DNA of 57,849 nucleotides from Minisyncoccia bacterium (GCA_038251535.1 JBBSBF010000004.1:1-57849); one strand, 5' to 3'; shown: positions 1-9,579, numbered from the stretch's first letter. The notes: a model not told the origin generated them from the letters alone. Translations and numbers: made by a program.

Positions 1-188
1 CAGTACAAGAAGTATTAAAGATAACACCTGATACGTCTCTAAAAGTAACGGTGGCAAAATGGTATACACCAAACGGTGTTTCTATTTCAGAGAGTGGTCT
101 CACTCCAAGCATCAAAATTCCTGGTGGCGATAACGCAGATGGTAAAGATGATCAGTTGGAAAGCGCAGTAAAGTTGTTTCTCAAATAA
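1..188 (+). CDS. C-terminal end of S41 family carboxyl-terminal processing protease (partial, runs off the window start)
   Basis: Frame 3 reads VQEVLKITPDTSLKVTVAKWYTPNGVSISESGLTP...DDQLESAVKLFLK*; the LKxTxAKWYTPxG motif is typical of CtpA/S41. Confidence 0.85.
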   Translation, partial: VQEVLKITPDTSLKVTVAKWYTPNGVSISESGLTPSIKIPGGDNADGKDDQLESAVKLFLK

Positions 189-191
189 ACT

Positions 192-638
192 ATGAAAGTA
201 TTGTTATTACAATCAGTAAAAAATGTTGGGCTAAAAAACGAAGTTGTTGAAGTTGCGCCTGGCTATGCAGCTCACGCATTGTTTCCGAAAAAACTCGCAA
301 TCCCTGCAACTGATGAAGCAGTACAAAAGGTAGAACGTACCAAAAAAAATAAAGCAGCACAAAAACAGATTCACCAAACACTGCTACACAGTGCCATCGC
401 CCAGTTGACTGCTGCGACCGTGATGATGCCAGTGAAAGCAAACGAACAAGGAAACCTCTTTTCCAAACTTTCTTCTACGGACATCACACATTTCTTGCAA
501 GAAAAATACCGTTTGGATATCGATCCTGCCTGTATCCATATGCCAGGAGATTCTATCAAGAAACTCGGAGCGCATACGATCACCGTAATAGATGGAGATT
601 TTCAAGATACGTTTAGTATCGTGTTGGTAGCAGCGTAG
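192..638 (+). CDS. rplI: 50S ribosomal protein L9
   Basis: MKVLLLQSVKNVG...EVAPGYA N-domain and IKKLG C-domain; 148 aa. Confidence 0.95.
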   Translation: MKVLLLQSVKNVGLKNEVVEVAPGYAAHALFPKKLAIPATDEAVQKVERTKKNKAAQKQIHQTLLHSAIAQLTAATVMMPVKANEQGNLFSKLSSTDITHFLQEKYRLDIDPACIHMPGDSIKKLGAHTITVIDGDFQDTFSIVLVAA

Positions 639-642
639 CTGC

Positions 643-927
643 TTATCCGCGATCGGTAGTGATGTTTGCTACTTTGCGAAGTGTTTTGGTACCATCAAAG
701 TTTTGCTTGCGCTTTTGCGCAAATGAGACAAAACCTTCTTTGAGTGCAAACAATGTGTGGTCTTTGCCAATACCGACAGATGTTCCTGCGAGTATTTTAG
801 TACCTCGTTGGCGAACGATAATAGCGCCTGCTGTCGCAAACTGACCATCGTAGAGCTTGGTACCGAGATATTGAGGATTGGAATCAGTAAGGTTTTTTGC
901 TGCCCCCTGAGCTTTCTTATGTGCCAT
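643..927 (-). CDS. rpmA: 50S ribosomal protein L27
   Basis: MAHKKAQG...IIVRQRGTK...GKDHTLFAL. Confidence 0.97.
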   Translation of the reverse strand: MAHKKAQGAAKNLTDSNPQYLGTKLYDGQFATAGAIIVRQRGTKILAGTSVGIGKDHTLFALKEGFVSFAQKRKQNFDGTKTLRKVANITTDRG

Positions 928-1003
928 AGACGTACATAATAACTGAAGGCATAGACAATGTCAATCCAATAGGGAACAAGCTATATATAGGTTATAATAG
1001 ATT

Positions 1004-1369
1004 ATGGGTGCGTTTTTCTCCCGAAATTATAGGATATTTTTCCTCGTACTACTTGCGAGTATTGCCGGATTGTCTTTTTATGTTGGAATGTTGGAAGGGA
1101 AACAATCAAAAGGGGATAGCGTGATACTTGCTTGTAGCGACAATGTCTTGTCATCTCTCCAGATTCCAACTTCGACTAGAAACGACGTTGCTCCTATTGC
1201 CACAACTTCGACAGTACAACAAAAGGGAACGTACGCTGGTTCAAAAAATGGCACCAAGTACTACACCCCCGACTGTGCCGGATTAAAAAAAATAAAGCCA
1301 GAAAACATCATCTGGTTTCAAAGTGTCGAGGATGCTACGCTGCAAGGATATAGCGCCGCAAACTGTTAA
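1004..1369 (+). CDS. Membrane-anchored protein with C-terminal Ada metal-binding-like domain
   Basis: N-terminal TM helix; C-terminal YAGSKNGTKYYTPDC...IKPENIIWFQSVEDATLQGY matches the Ada Zn-binding-like pattern. Confidence 0.65.
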   Translation: MGAFFSRNYRIFFLVLLASIAGLSFYVGMLEGKQSKGDSVILACSDNVLSSLQIPTSTRNDVAPIATTSTVQQKGTYAGSKNGTKYYTPDCAGLKKIKPENIIWFQSVEDATLQGYSAANC

Positions 1370-1389
1370 TATGTTCACTTACTATCTCT

Positions 1390-2364
1390 ATGTATAAATT
1401 TTTAAGCAACATCTTCATAGGGCTCACCATTTCAATGTTGATATTTGTGCTCGTTTTTCCGACTAAGGCGAACAATGTTGCAGAGAATTTCTTTTCAAAT
1501 CTGAAAAGGTCGACCGCTGCACCCGAGCTCCTTCCAGGCCAAACGAGTGACAACTCCAAATCTTTACTCTCACCATCAAGTACACTGCGAACTATCAAGC
1601 CGTTTCGCGCTATAGAGCCAGGCGGATCCACTATCGATACCACCGATAGTACTTCACTGGGCAACAACAATAAAAGCGCCACACTTTCTACAAACAACAT
1701 TATCGATGCAACAAATCAAGAACGCATAAAGGTAGGACTGCCTCCGCTCAAAATAAACCAACAACTCATCACCTCTGCTGGCTACAAAACAGCGGATATG
1801 ATTCAAAAGCAATACTTTGAACATACATCACCATCAGGAATCACTGTCTCAGATCTCGCTCAAAAGGCAGGGTATAGCTATATCATCATGGGAGAAAACC
1901 TTGCACTTGGAGACTTCATCGATGGCAATGATGTCGTGGCTGCATGGATGAACAGTCCAGGTCATCGAGCAAATATTTTGAATACTCACTATACAGAGAT
2001 CGGTGTCTCTGCAGCTAAAGCAAACTATCAGGGTAGAGAAGTGTGGTTTGCTGTACAGCACTTTGGAACACCGCGAAGTGTCTGTCCGTACATCGATCAA
2101 AATCTCAAAACTGCAATCGATACAATCAACGACAACCTCAAACAACGTCAAGCACAAATCGCAAATGAAAAAGCGTTACTAGAAACACCAAACCATTCAC
2201 AAAGCGATGAATATAAAAATGCAGTTAATGAATTCAACAAATTGGTTTCCGAATACAACACGGCGCTGGTCATCTCGCAGGACAAGATCAAAGAATACAA
2301 CATACAAGTATCAGCCTTCAATCAGTGCCTTTTGCAGTACCAAACAGTGGCAGAGAAGGGGTAA
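1390..2364 (+). CDS. CAP (SCP/Tpx-1) domain protein with C-terminal coiled coil
   Basis: TNQER...YFEH...GENLA...WMNSPGHRANIL...VQHFG motifs; N-terminal TM/signal. Confidence 0.9.
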   Translation: MYKFLSNIFIGLTISMLIFVLVFPTKANNVAENFFSNLKRSTAAPELLPGQTSDNSKSLLSPSSTLRTIKPFRAIEPGGSTIDTTDSTSLGNNNKSATLSTNNIIDATNQERIKVGLPPLKINQQLITSAGYKTADMIQKQYFEHTSPSGITVSDLAQKAGYSYIIMGENLALGDFIDGNDVVAAWMNSPGHRANILNTHYTEIGVSAAKANYQGREVWFAVQHFGTPRSVCPYIDQNLKTAIDTINDNLKQRQAQIANEKALLETPNHSQSDEYKNAVNEFNKLVSEYNTALVISQDKIKEYNIQVSAFNQCLLQYQTVAEKG

Positions 2365-2477
2365 TCCCAACATAGTAACAACGTCGCACAATATATCTTT
2401 TACGACACTATATAGGGAGAATGCCAGCTAAAGCTTTAAGTCACTCCCCTTAAGTATTCTTTAAATAGAACTGTGGT

Positions 2478-2520
2478 AAAAATAAAAGGCCCCACCTAGG
2501 AATAGGTGCAGCCTTATTTT
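2478..2520 (-). terminator. Intrinsic terminator-like hairpin (possibly bidirectional)
   Basis: Imperfect stem GGC..CACCTA/TAGGTG..GCC flanked by A- and T-runs. Confidence 0.5.
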
Positions 2521-2631
2521 CCAATATCCTAATGAAAAAAACTATCTCATTCCACTTATTCTATATCAAAAGCAACCTTTTTACAATCCTTAAGATTTAT
2601 TACTATAAATTACACAAATTAATTAAAAAAT

Positions 2632-2665
2632 AAAAAACAGCACCTGTGGACACAGGCACTGCTTT
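2632..2665 (-). terminator. Intrinsic terminator-like hairpin
   Basis: Minus strand GCAGTGCCTGTGTCCACAGGTGCTG followed by a T-run. Confidence 0.55.
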
Positions 2666-2735
2666 CCTTAACGACTCAGAGACTGAGTTATATTAAGGGA
2701 CCCCAAAAAATAATATTATTTATACTCTAGCACAA

Positions 2736-3011
2736 CTAATCTTCTACACAAGTCCCACCCACATCTCCAAATGGCAAATGTGAGCCCGCAGTTGGTGCAC
2801 AATGAAATCCTACGGCACAGATGGCCGCAGTGCTCATGTTGCCTCCACAGTGTTCTCCAAGTCCTACCGTTGATTTTGTATCGGTAGATTGAGTTGTTTC
2901 TTCTGGAGTTGGCTCCACAACACTAGGTTGATGACCCCATAGTAACCATCCCACAACAAGTCCGATCACAAGAAAAGTAATGTTTTTTATGTATCCAGTA
3001 TTATGTTGCAT
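2736..3011 (-). CDS. Small membrane-anchored protein with 4-Cys extracellular motif
   Basis: TM helix, T/P/E linker, then GEHCGG...C..G..C...GGTC; TTGACT-17-TACGAT promoter immediately upstream. Confidence 0.75.
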   Translation of the reverse strand: MQHNTGYIKNITFLVIGLVVGWLLWGHQPSVVEPTPEETTQSTDTKSTVGLGEHCGGNMSTAAICAVGFHCAPTAGSHLPFGDVGGTCVED

Positions 3012-3059
3012 ACAACAATCGTACCGCTCGCCGTTTTTGAAGTCAACTATTTTTATATT

Positions 3060-3092
3060 AAAAAAACGAGCATCCCCAAAAGGTGCTCGTTT
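3060..3092 (-). terminator. Intrinsic terminator
   Basis: AAACGAGCA/TGCTCGTTT stem with a T-run on the minus strand. Confidence 0.6.
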
Positions 3093-3231
3093 ACACTCGA
3101 ATTCTTTACACCTTTTTAATTTTAAAGCACGTTACATTTCCTCATTTCCTTACGGTTTTTACCCATGAGATTTTAGTGAAAAAATAACTTTGATTTTAAA
3201 TATAGCACGAGGATGCTCGCAGCTCAAGTTT

Positions 3232-4185
3232 TTATTGAAACACCTTTGCGAGGATAGTTTTGATATCTGAGATCGGGATTGCAAAGGCGATGCTGTTTGC
3301 GCCTTCCGTTACTGCAACGTTAACTCCGATTGCCGCACCATCGAGGTTGAGTAATGGACCACCAGAATTTCCAGGATTGATCGCAGTATCTGTTTGGATA
3401 ATTCCCTTCAATGTTTCAACATTGCCAGTACCATCCCTTGCCTGGATCGTACGATCAAGCCCTGAGATAATACCGACCGATACTGAGTTGCTGTACTCCC
3501 CTAGTGCGTTCCCTATTGCAGCTACCGTTTGACCAAGTTTGATCGTTGATGAGTCTCCGAGTGCAATCGTTGGATACCCCGAGCCGTCGATGCGAAGAAC
3601 GGCAATGTCTTTCTCTGGATCGCGATAGATGACGGTTGCAACCTTTTTTCCACCGGAGGCAAGTAGGATCGTGTATTCGGCACCTGGGGTGTCGACGACG
3701 TGTTTGTTCGTAATGATATAACCATCAGATCGGATGAAAAATCCTGTTCCTGCACCGATTTGTTTCTTTTGAGTTCCGACTTGTTCGTATTTTGGAACGC
3801 GGATCGAGACGCCATTAAAGTTGGGGTCGTTTCCAAATGGATTTACATACTGCACTTTCAACAACGGTACATCTTTTGAAATAACGATCGAAACTACCGC
3901 AGGAGCTGTCTTGGCAACTGTCGACGTGAGCAAATCATCTTGTGACTGTGCGATCACGTTTGCGCGATTTGATAACTCCTTGATCTGTTGAGCAGCTTCG
4001 CTCGTGACTACGCCCGATTGTTCGAGAGCTGTTCGCATTTGCTCAAGCTGTGTCTCGAGTGTGTTGATTCGAGTGACGGTCTCATGGCGTTCTTTGCGAT
4101 AGATGTAGACACCGTAGCCGACTCCACCGATGGCGAGGAGACACAGTACCATAGCTAACTTTAGTTTATCCGATGCGGAATACAT
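3232..4185 (-). CDS. HtrA/DegP-like trypsin serine protease, no PDZ domain
   Basis: GTGF, TNKHVV, DIAVL and TDTAINPGNSGGPL catalytic motifs; N-terminal TM and coiled coil. Confidence 0.92.
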   Translation of the reverse strand: MYSASDKLKLAMVLCLLAIGGVGYGVYIYRKERHETVTRINTLETQLEQMRTALEQSGVVTSEAAQQIKELSNRANVIAQSQDDLLTSTVAKTAPAVVSIVISKDVPLLKVQYVNPFGNDPNFNGVSIRVPKYEQVGTQKKQIGAGTGFFIRSDGYIITNKHVVDTPGAEYTILLASGGKKVATVIYRDPEKDIAVLRIDGSGYPTIALGDSSTIKLGQTVAAIGNALGEYSNSVSVGIISGLDRTIQARDGTGNVETLKGIIQTDTAINPGNSGGPLLNLDGAAIGVNVAVTEGANSIAFAIPISDIKTILAKVFQ

Positions 4186-4239
4186 TACTTCATTATACGG
4201 AAGCTCGTTTTACACAGTCAAGCGGTGCACTTCATCTTT

Positions 4240-4602
4240 TTATCGGCAAGGCCAACCAGTAGTCGCACTGTAGGTAGTATATGCAGTACATCCTTCTGGA
4301 TAGTAGTTTGTTGTTGGGTACGAAGTAGTGTACTGGTAGGTAGTTTGAGGGTAATCTTGGTATACGGTGATTGGGTGGCCGTATGATTTTTGGATTTCAA
4401 CCGTTGGAAATGATGGAGTGTTGGTATATACGATGTTTGGGTTGTTGTATCCAATAGGCACCGTACTAGCCGTCAAAAAGTTACTGTTGTAGCTATATCT
4501 ACCCGCTGCGATTGGACGCGCGAGCAAAATGATGATTACGATACCAATGATAATCATGAGGGTAATAAGTCCTCTATTTGATTGCTGTGTTGTGTCTGCC
4601 AT
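4240..4602 (-). CDS. Hypothetical membrane-anchored Tyr/Thr/Pro-rich protein
   Basis: Likely start MADTTQQ at 4602; TM helix, Y/T/P-rich tail ending YPEGC...YSATTGWPC. Confidence 0.65.
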   Translation of the reverse strand: MADTTQQSNRGLITLMIIIGIVIIILLARPIAAGRYSYNSNFLTASTVPIGYNNPNIVYTNTPSFPTVEIQKSYGHPITVYQDYPQTTYQYTTSYPTTNYYPEGCTAYTTYSATTGWPCR

Positions 4603-4715
4603 ATGTATAGGAATTATTGTTACTAATACATCAATACAACAGTACTTTGAGCATTTTGTACATATTGACAAAATTGTATTTAGTTTTATTAAAAAGTTGT
4701 GTTTTTTGTAAAAAA

Positions 4716-5225
4716 TTAGAGGTTTCTGCTATCGTATGCCCATTGAAGTAATGCCTGGCGTTGTTTTTTTCGACAAAATACATCCCCTTTCCTACAGTGA
4801 AGCGCGATTTGTGCAACGTGCCGACGCATCATACGCCAGCGTTTGATCTGTCGAGCGTCCTCTTTTGAAATCCTTCTACCGAGATAGTACCGACAGTACC
4901 ACTGAAACCACCCTCGGGGATCATCGACATACAGCCATCCACTTTTTTGCCATACGGACAACGGTTGACTTGCGATGACTGAAAAGTAGTTGCGCGCCGG
5001 GTCACTTTTTTTCGGTGATAGGAGCGATTGCTTAAACCATGACTTTGGAAATTCTTGTTGGCAGTCCGTCATGTATTTTCCGCCAAATACTCCGAGGTGA
5101 AGCATTTCCTTTGGTGTCAGTTCTGGGGTAAATGACGGATCAAAATTTTTGCCAGTAGGTTCGGAGAGGACGTACGAGTAGCCTTGTTGCATCTGGTCAT
5201 TGACCATAATCTTTTTTTCGATCAT
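4716..5225 (-). CDS. Conserved hypothetical protein (DPRGWFQWYCRYY family)
   Basis: Motif-rich: FTPELTPKEML.LGVFGGKY, DPRGWFQWYCRYYLGRR, QIKRW, RQALLQWAY. Confidence 0.8.
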   Translation of the reverse strand: MIEKKIMVNDQMQQGYSYVLSEPTGKNFDPSFTPELTPKEMLHLGVFGGKYMTDCQQEFPKSWFKQSLLSPKKSDPARNYFSVIASQPLSVWQKSGWLYVDDPRGWFQWYCRYYLGRRISKEDARQIKRWRMMRRHVAQIALHCRKGDVFCRKKQRQALLQWAYDSRNL

Positions 5226-5228
5226 GTG

Positions 5229-6110
5229 TTAGTTACTGATGAAAGCAAAACTCTGTGTCATTGATTCGAGTTCGGCGGTGATTGCCTTTGTATCGAACTC
5301 GCGAATGTGTTGATCTGGAGAGTAGTTGCCAATGTTTGTTGAGTGGATCGTATACTCGATCGCATAACATTGATCACTCTGAAGTGTACGGTAGCTTGTC
5401 GTATCATAGTAATTCCCTGCCCCTGCATCGGTAAGTGTTATCTTTTGATACACCACATCGTGTATCGTTGTTGTTCCTTTTGCACGCTCACCGTTTGTAG
5501 GAGTTAAACAGTTTTTTACCTCCTCAGGATCGCTACTCGTACCAACGGTAAAGATAGCTTCACTAAAGTTAGTATTCGGTTGTTGTGATTGAGGAATCCT
5601 GACTTTTGCAAGCGATAATCCCAAAGTCTGTGTATTGGTTCGCCAGTCCATCGCATAGCTCGCATCTCCCCCAGTTACAGAAAGATTGTTTGGATGTTCA
5701 AAACTGAACATTTGTGACCCGTCCGTAAATTTAGTAATGCTTGTATGTACTGAAACTTCAGTGCCGACGATACAGTTGCTATAGACAGTGGTGCCGTCCT
5801 TTTGGAGGAAGCCATAGTTCCCTTTTGTAATAAAAGTCACGTTATCTGATTCGTATCGTACTCCTGATGCTGATCTCGACTGTGGAAGCGTGAAAACGCT
5901 TTTATCAGGGAGTGTGAGTGTTGCTTGGGTGTCACTGTACACAACAGCTATAGCGCCTTCAGTACAGTAGTACGTGAGGCTTTTTTGAGTTGATACAGGT
6001 GTCGTGTCTATTGGAGTAGAAACGGATTCCTTCTTGACTAGTTTATTGATAAAAATCCCCAGAATCATCAATACGATGACGATACTAAAAAATTTTGTCG
6101 TTGATTTCAT
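5229..6110 (-). CDS. MliC/PliC lysozyme-inhibitor domain protein with extra C-terminal domain
   Basis: YYC...LPQSRSASGVRY...FITKG...C is the MliC signature; N-terminal TM. Confidence 0.8.
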   Translation of the reverse strand: MKSTTKFFSIVIVLMILGIFINKLVKKESVSTPIDTTPVSTQKSLTYYCTEGAIAVVYSDTQATLTLPDKSVFTLPQSRSASGVRYESDNVTFITKGNYGFLQKDGTTVYSNCIVGTEVSVHTSITKFTDGSQMFSFEHPNNLSVTGGDASYAMDWRTNTQTLGLSLAKVRIPQSQQPNTNFSEAIFTVGTSSDPEEVKNCLTPTNGERAKGTTTIHDVVYQKITLTDAGAGNYYDTTSYRTLQSDQCYAIEYTIHSTNIGNYSPDQHIREFDTKAITAELESMTQSFAFISN

Positions 6111-6229
6111 ATCTATCAGTGTACCACGTACAGTCTCATTCGTTTTTGTACCTCAGTGTTTTTTGGATACAATACAGTAATAACTTTCAATAGCTCTGTA
6201 TTTTACGAATATACCTGTATGCTATAGGT

Positions 6230-7153
6230 ATGAGGAAAACTAATCCGTACAAAAAATACGTACTCTTTTTTGTCGTGCTTCTCGGAGTAGGTTTGGGTGT
6301 GTATATGTGGAACCAACCAAAAAAGTTTGTTGATACAAAACATTTTTCAGAAGAAAAACCACCAACAACACCTGTATTGATACCCGATACGCCGAAGCCA
6401 CCAGCTGCCTCGTATAGATCTATCACTATTCAAACACTTAAACCTGGCGCCGAAATCGCCAAAGAAGTTGGGTTAGAAAATCTACCCCTTGTTTTGGCGT
6501 TCAATCGCCTCGATGTGAGACATATTCAAACCGGTGTCATATTGACTATCCCCAAAACCCTAGATGATTGGAGTGCACTTTCACCATTTCCAACTGAACT
6601 TGCAGTTGCTGAAGCCATACCCAAATTGATGTTGATATCTCAGCGAGTACAGGCGTTTGCAATCTATGAAAATGGGAAACAAATACGATGGGGTCCCGTA
6701 AGTAGCGGCAAAAAAGATACCCCGACGCCGAGTAAACTGTATTCGACCAACTGGAAAGGCAAACTAGTCACGAGCAGCCTTGAAGGAGCATATCTGTTGC
6801 CGTGGGCGTTTAACCTTGATAGCACCGAAGGCATATCGATGCACCAATTTGACCTTCCAGGATATCCGGCTAGTCATGCGTGTGTGCGAATGCTCGAAGC
6901 GGATGCAGAATGGATATATAACTGGGCAGATCAATGGATCCTTTCTCCCGACGGAAACACAGAGATAGCTTCCGGTACACCAGTGATTATCTTTGGGCAA
7001 TATGCATTTGGCAAAACTGCTCCGTGGAAAAAGCTCCCCACTGATGCAACCGCCTCCACCGTTACGACTGATGAATTAACAGAAGTAATTACTCCGGAAC
7101 TTCAGACAATTAAGGCGAAGCAAGATGAACGCGCTACAATTATTCATTCATAA
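6230..7153 (+). CDS. L,D-transpeptidase (YkuD family)
   Basis: GPVSSG..TPTP and MHQFDLPGYPASHACVRM catalytic His/Cys motif. Confidence 0.92.
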   Translation: MRKTNPYKKYVLFFVVLLGVGLGVYMWNQPKKFVDTKHFSEEKPPTTPVLIPDTPKPPAASYRSITIQTLKPGAEIAKEVGLENLPLVLAFNRLDVRHIQTGVILTIPKTLDDWSALSPFPTELAVAEAIPKLMLISQRVQAFAIYENGKQIRWGPVSSGKKDTPTPSKLYSTNWKGKLVTSSLEGAYLLPWAFNLDSTEGISMHQFDLPGYPASHACVRMLEADAEWIYNWADQWILSPDGNTEIASGTPVIIFGQYAFGKTAPWKKLPTDATASTVTTDELTEVITPELQTIKAKQDERATIIHS

Positions 7154-7209
7154 AGAATTTTAATTTCCTATTGTTCGCTTTCTTGCAACCTATGACGATA
7201 CTGAAACTT

Positions 7210-8457
7210 CTAAGAAACCTCCCCTAAATACGGCAATGGCAGGCCTGCGATATAGGAAGCTGTGGAGGCGAGGTGTGCTGCTTTTGTGCGTCTCTGGACT
7301 GTGGAGGGCATTGTACTGAGTGTTCCGATACTGAAATGCCCGTGTCGCTTGCGGATACTGTCGACTGCCTGCATCAGGCGTGCATCACTCATGGATTCTT
7401 GTAATCCAAAGAGATCAGTTTGAATCATCCCTTTGGGATGGAGGTTGCATACCGTCACACCAGTAGATCGGTATTTGACACTTTTGTTCCATATTTTTTC
7501 TACTTGTGCGGCGACTGCATTGACGATTGCGAGTGGATTATCGGTATAGTACGGGATAGTGATGTCGAAGCTATAGTACTGATAATCGTGTGACTTCAAG
7601 TACATCGATACGGTATTGGTCATGAGGTTGTGGGTACGCATACGTGTAAATGCTATATCAAGATTTTGGAGGAGTTCGCCGATGACAAATGATTGCTCCG
7701 TCGAGTGTGCAAACGATTTGGTAGATTGCAGAGATTTGGGAAGCGCGGTGTGGGGCGATACACTCATGATGCTTCTCCCATTGAGCTCGTGCCAGAGCTG
7801 TTGGATGGGAAGTGCAAATGCATTGGTTACTGCGGCTTCTGTCCACTGTGCAAATTCATACGCAGAGCGCACACGGAAACTTTGAAATCGCTTTGAGAGT
7901 TGGCGTCCGATCCCCCACACGCTTTCGATGGTTGTGTTTTGCAGAAGGGCTTCTTCGTCGTCTGGCATGATGACAGTGCAGCCATCAGGTTTTTGGTATT
8001 TGGACGCGATCTTGGCCAATACTTTGGTACGCGCAATACCGAACGAATACGTGATCCCGATGGATTGTTGTACTCGGGTCTTGAGTTGCTCTAGCCAAGT
8101 GGTGATTGCTTGTTTGTCGAGCGTTATCGGAAAACGTACGAGTGCAAAGCATTCGTCGATGCTATATCGTTCTACCACGTCAGCTGATGCAGTAAGTATA
8201 GAAAAAAGTTTCTCGGCGTATTGCTCATACAATTCAAAATGGGATGACAAAATCACGACTTGTGGATACTCACTCCTGATCTTAAACATAGGCATACCTC
8301 GAGTGATGCCGAGCGCCTTCGCTTCCGACGTCATCGCGCATGCAATACCTCGATCTTCTCCGACAACCACTGGCTTGCCTTTAAGGTGTGGTGATCGAGC
8401 AATTTCACAATACGCAAAAAAACCGTCTCCGTCGATGTGCAAAACCCATTCATGCAT
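7210..8457 (-). CDS. Y-family DNA polymerase (DinB/UmuC-like)
   Basis: LHIDGDGFFA, YSIDECF, KVLAKIAS..KPDG, VWGIG; C-terminal QTDLF clamp-binding-like motif. Start taken at MHEW (8457), overlapping the upstream stop. Confidence 0.93.
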   Translation of the reverse strand: MHEWVLHIDGDGFFAYCEIARSPHLKGKPVVVGEDRGIACAMTSEAKALGITRGMPMFKIRSEYPQVVILSSHFELYEQYAEKLFSILTASADVVERYSIDECFALVRFPITLDKQAITTWLEQLKTRVQQSIGITYSFGIARTKVLAKIASKYQKPDGCTVIMPDDEEALLQNTTIESVWGIGRQLSKRFQSFRVRSAYEFAQWTEAAVTNAFALPIQQLWHELNGRSIMSVSPHTALPKSLQSTKSFAHSTEQSFVIGELLQNLDIAFTRMRTHNLMTNTVSMYLKSHDYQYYSFDITIPYYTDNPLAIVNAVAAQVEKIWNKSVKYRSTGVTVCNLHPKGMIQTDLFGLQESMSDARLMQAVDSIRKRHGHFSIGTLSTMPSTVQRRTKAAHLASTASYIAGLPLPYLGEVS

Positions 8458-8794
8458 ACTTGCGCACAACTCCTCTGACGATTCCTTTAATAGTGTGGGC
8501 TTTGCCCGTGGTAGCCTTGCATTGCAATCTCCACACTCCATCAATTTCTACAATCAGAAGCATTCCTTGGCGAGCTTCAGTAGCAAGTTCAATAACAACG
8601 AGATCCCCATCCAAAATCCCCGCTTCTTTCATCGCGTCTCCCTGTACCTTCATCATAAATGAAGCGTCTTTGTTTCGGATTAGGTAACTATCGAGCGATA
8701 TAGTGTCGATTAAGTTTTCTTCGGCAGGGGTTGCAAATCCAGCTGACACACGTCCAAGTACCCTCAGTTGATGAGGAAGATATATCATAGGCAA
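8450..8794 (-). CDS. UmuD-like S24 protein, catalytic residues lost
   Basis: GRVSAGF cleavage site kept; GDAM replaces GDSM; VWRLQ replaces FTxK. Confidence 0.8.
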   Translation of the reverse strand: MPMIYLPHQLRVLGRVSAGFATPAEENLIDTISLDSYLIRNKDASFMMKVQGDAMKEAGILDGDLVVIELATEARQGMLLIVEIDGVWRLQCKATTGKAHTIKGIVRGVVRKYA

Positions 8795-8797
8795 TAA

Positions 8798-9361
8798 TTA
8801 ATACTTACGGATTACTCCTGTAATAACAGCTACAATAATCAAACTCTGTTTTGGATGCATCGGTTTGAAAAGTTTGTTTGCAGGTTCGAGCCAAGATTTA
8901 CCACCAGCTTGTTTAAAATACTTCATCGTAAACTCTCCATCTATCTGTGCGATGACGATGTCACCATTTTTTGCGGTGTTTGTTCGTTCAGCGATGACCA
9001 TGTCCCCATCTGCAATGTGGGCATCGATCATTGAGTTTCCGTCAACTTCAAGCATGAATGTTTGATCCTTTTTCTTGATTAGGTAGTCCGCAATGTTGAG
9101 TGAGTCACTAATCTCTTCGACAGTAGCTGGGAAACCAGCTTTTACCGAACCAAGCAAGGGCGTGCTATCAAAGAGGGCGCTCGGTATCAGTTTTCCGAGC
9201 TTGTCTTTGGTGACGATGCCGGCTGCTATCATTTTTGTGACGATTTTCGCTACTGCATTTTTTGATTTGAAATCAAACAGCACCATCATTTCAGCATATG
9301 TCGGCATACGCTTTCGGGACTGGTAGAAGGATAGGAGTTTTTGTTTATAGTCGGTATTCAT
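8798..9361 (-). CDS. lexA: LexA family repressor
   Basis: N-terminal wHTH (RMPTYAEM...FKSKNAV), VKAGFP cleavage site, GNSM Ser and EFTMK Lys. Confidence 0.9.
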   Translation of the reverse strand: MNTDYKQKLLSFYQSRKRMPTYAEMMVLFDFKSKNAVAKIVTKMIAAGIVTKDKLGKLIPSALFDSTPLLGSVKAGFPATVEEISDSLNIADYLIKKKDQTFMLEVDGNSMIDAHIADGDMVIAERTNTAKNGDIVIAQIDGEFTMKYFKQAGGKSWLEPANKLFKPMHPKQSLIIVAVITGVIRKY

Positions 9362-9370
9362 CGGTATATA

Positions 9371-9577
9371 TTATAGCAAGTGAATTCGACGTGCCAACTT
9401 CAAAAATACTGAAAAATAAGTACTATGACGACGCGTGAGTATCTTTGTATTCCGGATGTGGTATCGAGGAAAAAAAGCTGGATATGTTATGTCATGCTGC
9501 TTCATGATATGTTCTAGACGCAAAAGTTCATTTTGAACGAGTGCCTTGAATTGATAGTTTTGGGGATAGGTATTCAT
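9371..9577 (-). CDS. Small hypothetical protein in lexA operon
   Basis: 68-aa ORF packed 2 nt from the upstream ORF and 9 nt from lexA. Confidence 0.5.
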   Translation of the reverse strand: MNTYPQNYQFKALVQNELLRLEHIMKQHDITYPAFFPRYHIRNTKILTRRHSTYFSVFLKLARRIHLL

Positions 9578-9579
9578 GG

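Noticed and set aside
2365-2735. tRNA or known riboswitch in the long intergenic region
   Set aside because: No cloverleaf/TTCGA arm or riboswitch consensus that I can recognise; only hairpins.
8458-8544. ORF-track N-terminal extensions (Y-polymerase; also dnaB, corA, rplM, rSAM 56346-56408)
   Set aside because: They overlap upstream genes or promoters; downstream Met codons fit family N-termini and promoter or SD positions better.
7928-8662. 244-aa + strand ORF
   Set aside because: Antisense shadow of the Y-polymerase/umuD genes with no recognisable motifs. The same applies to the many other ORFs nested in or opposite core genes.
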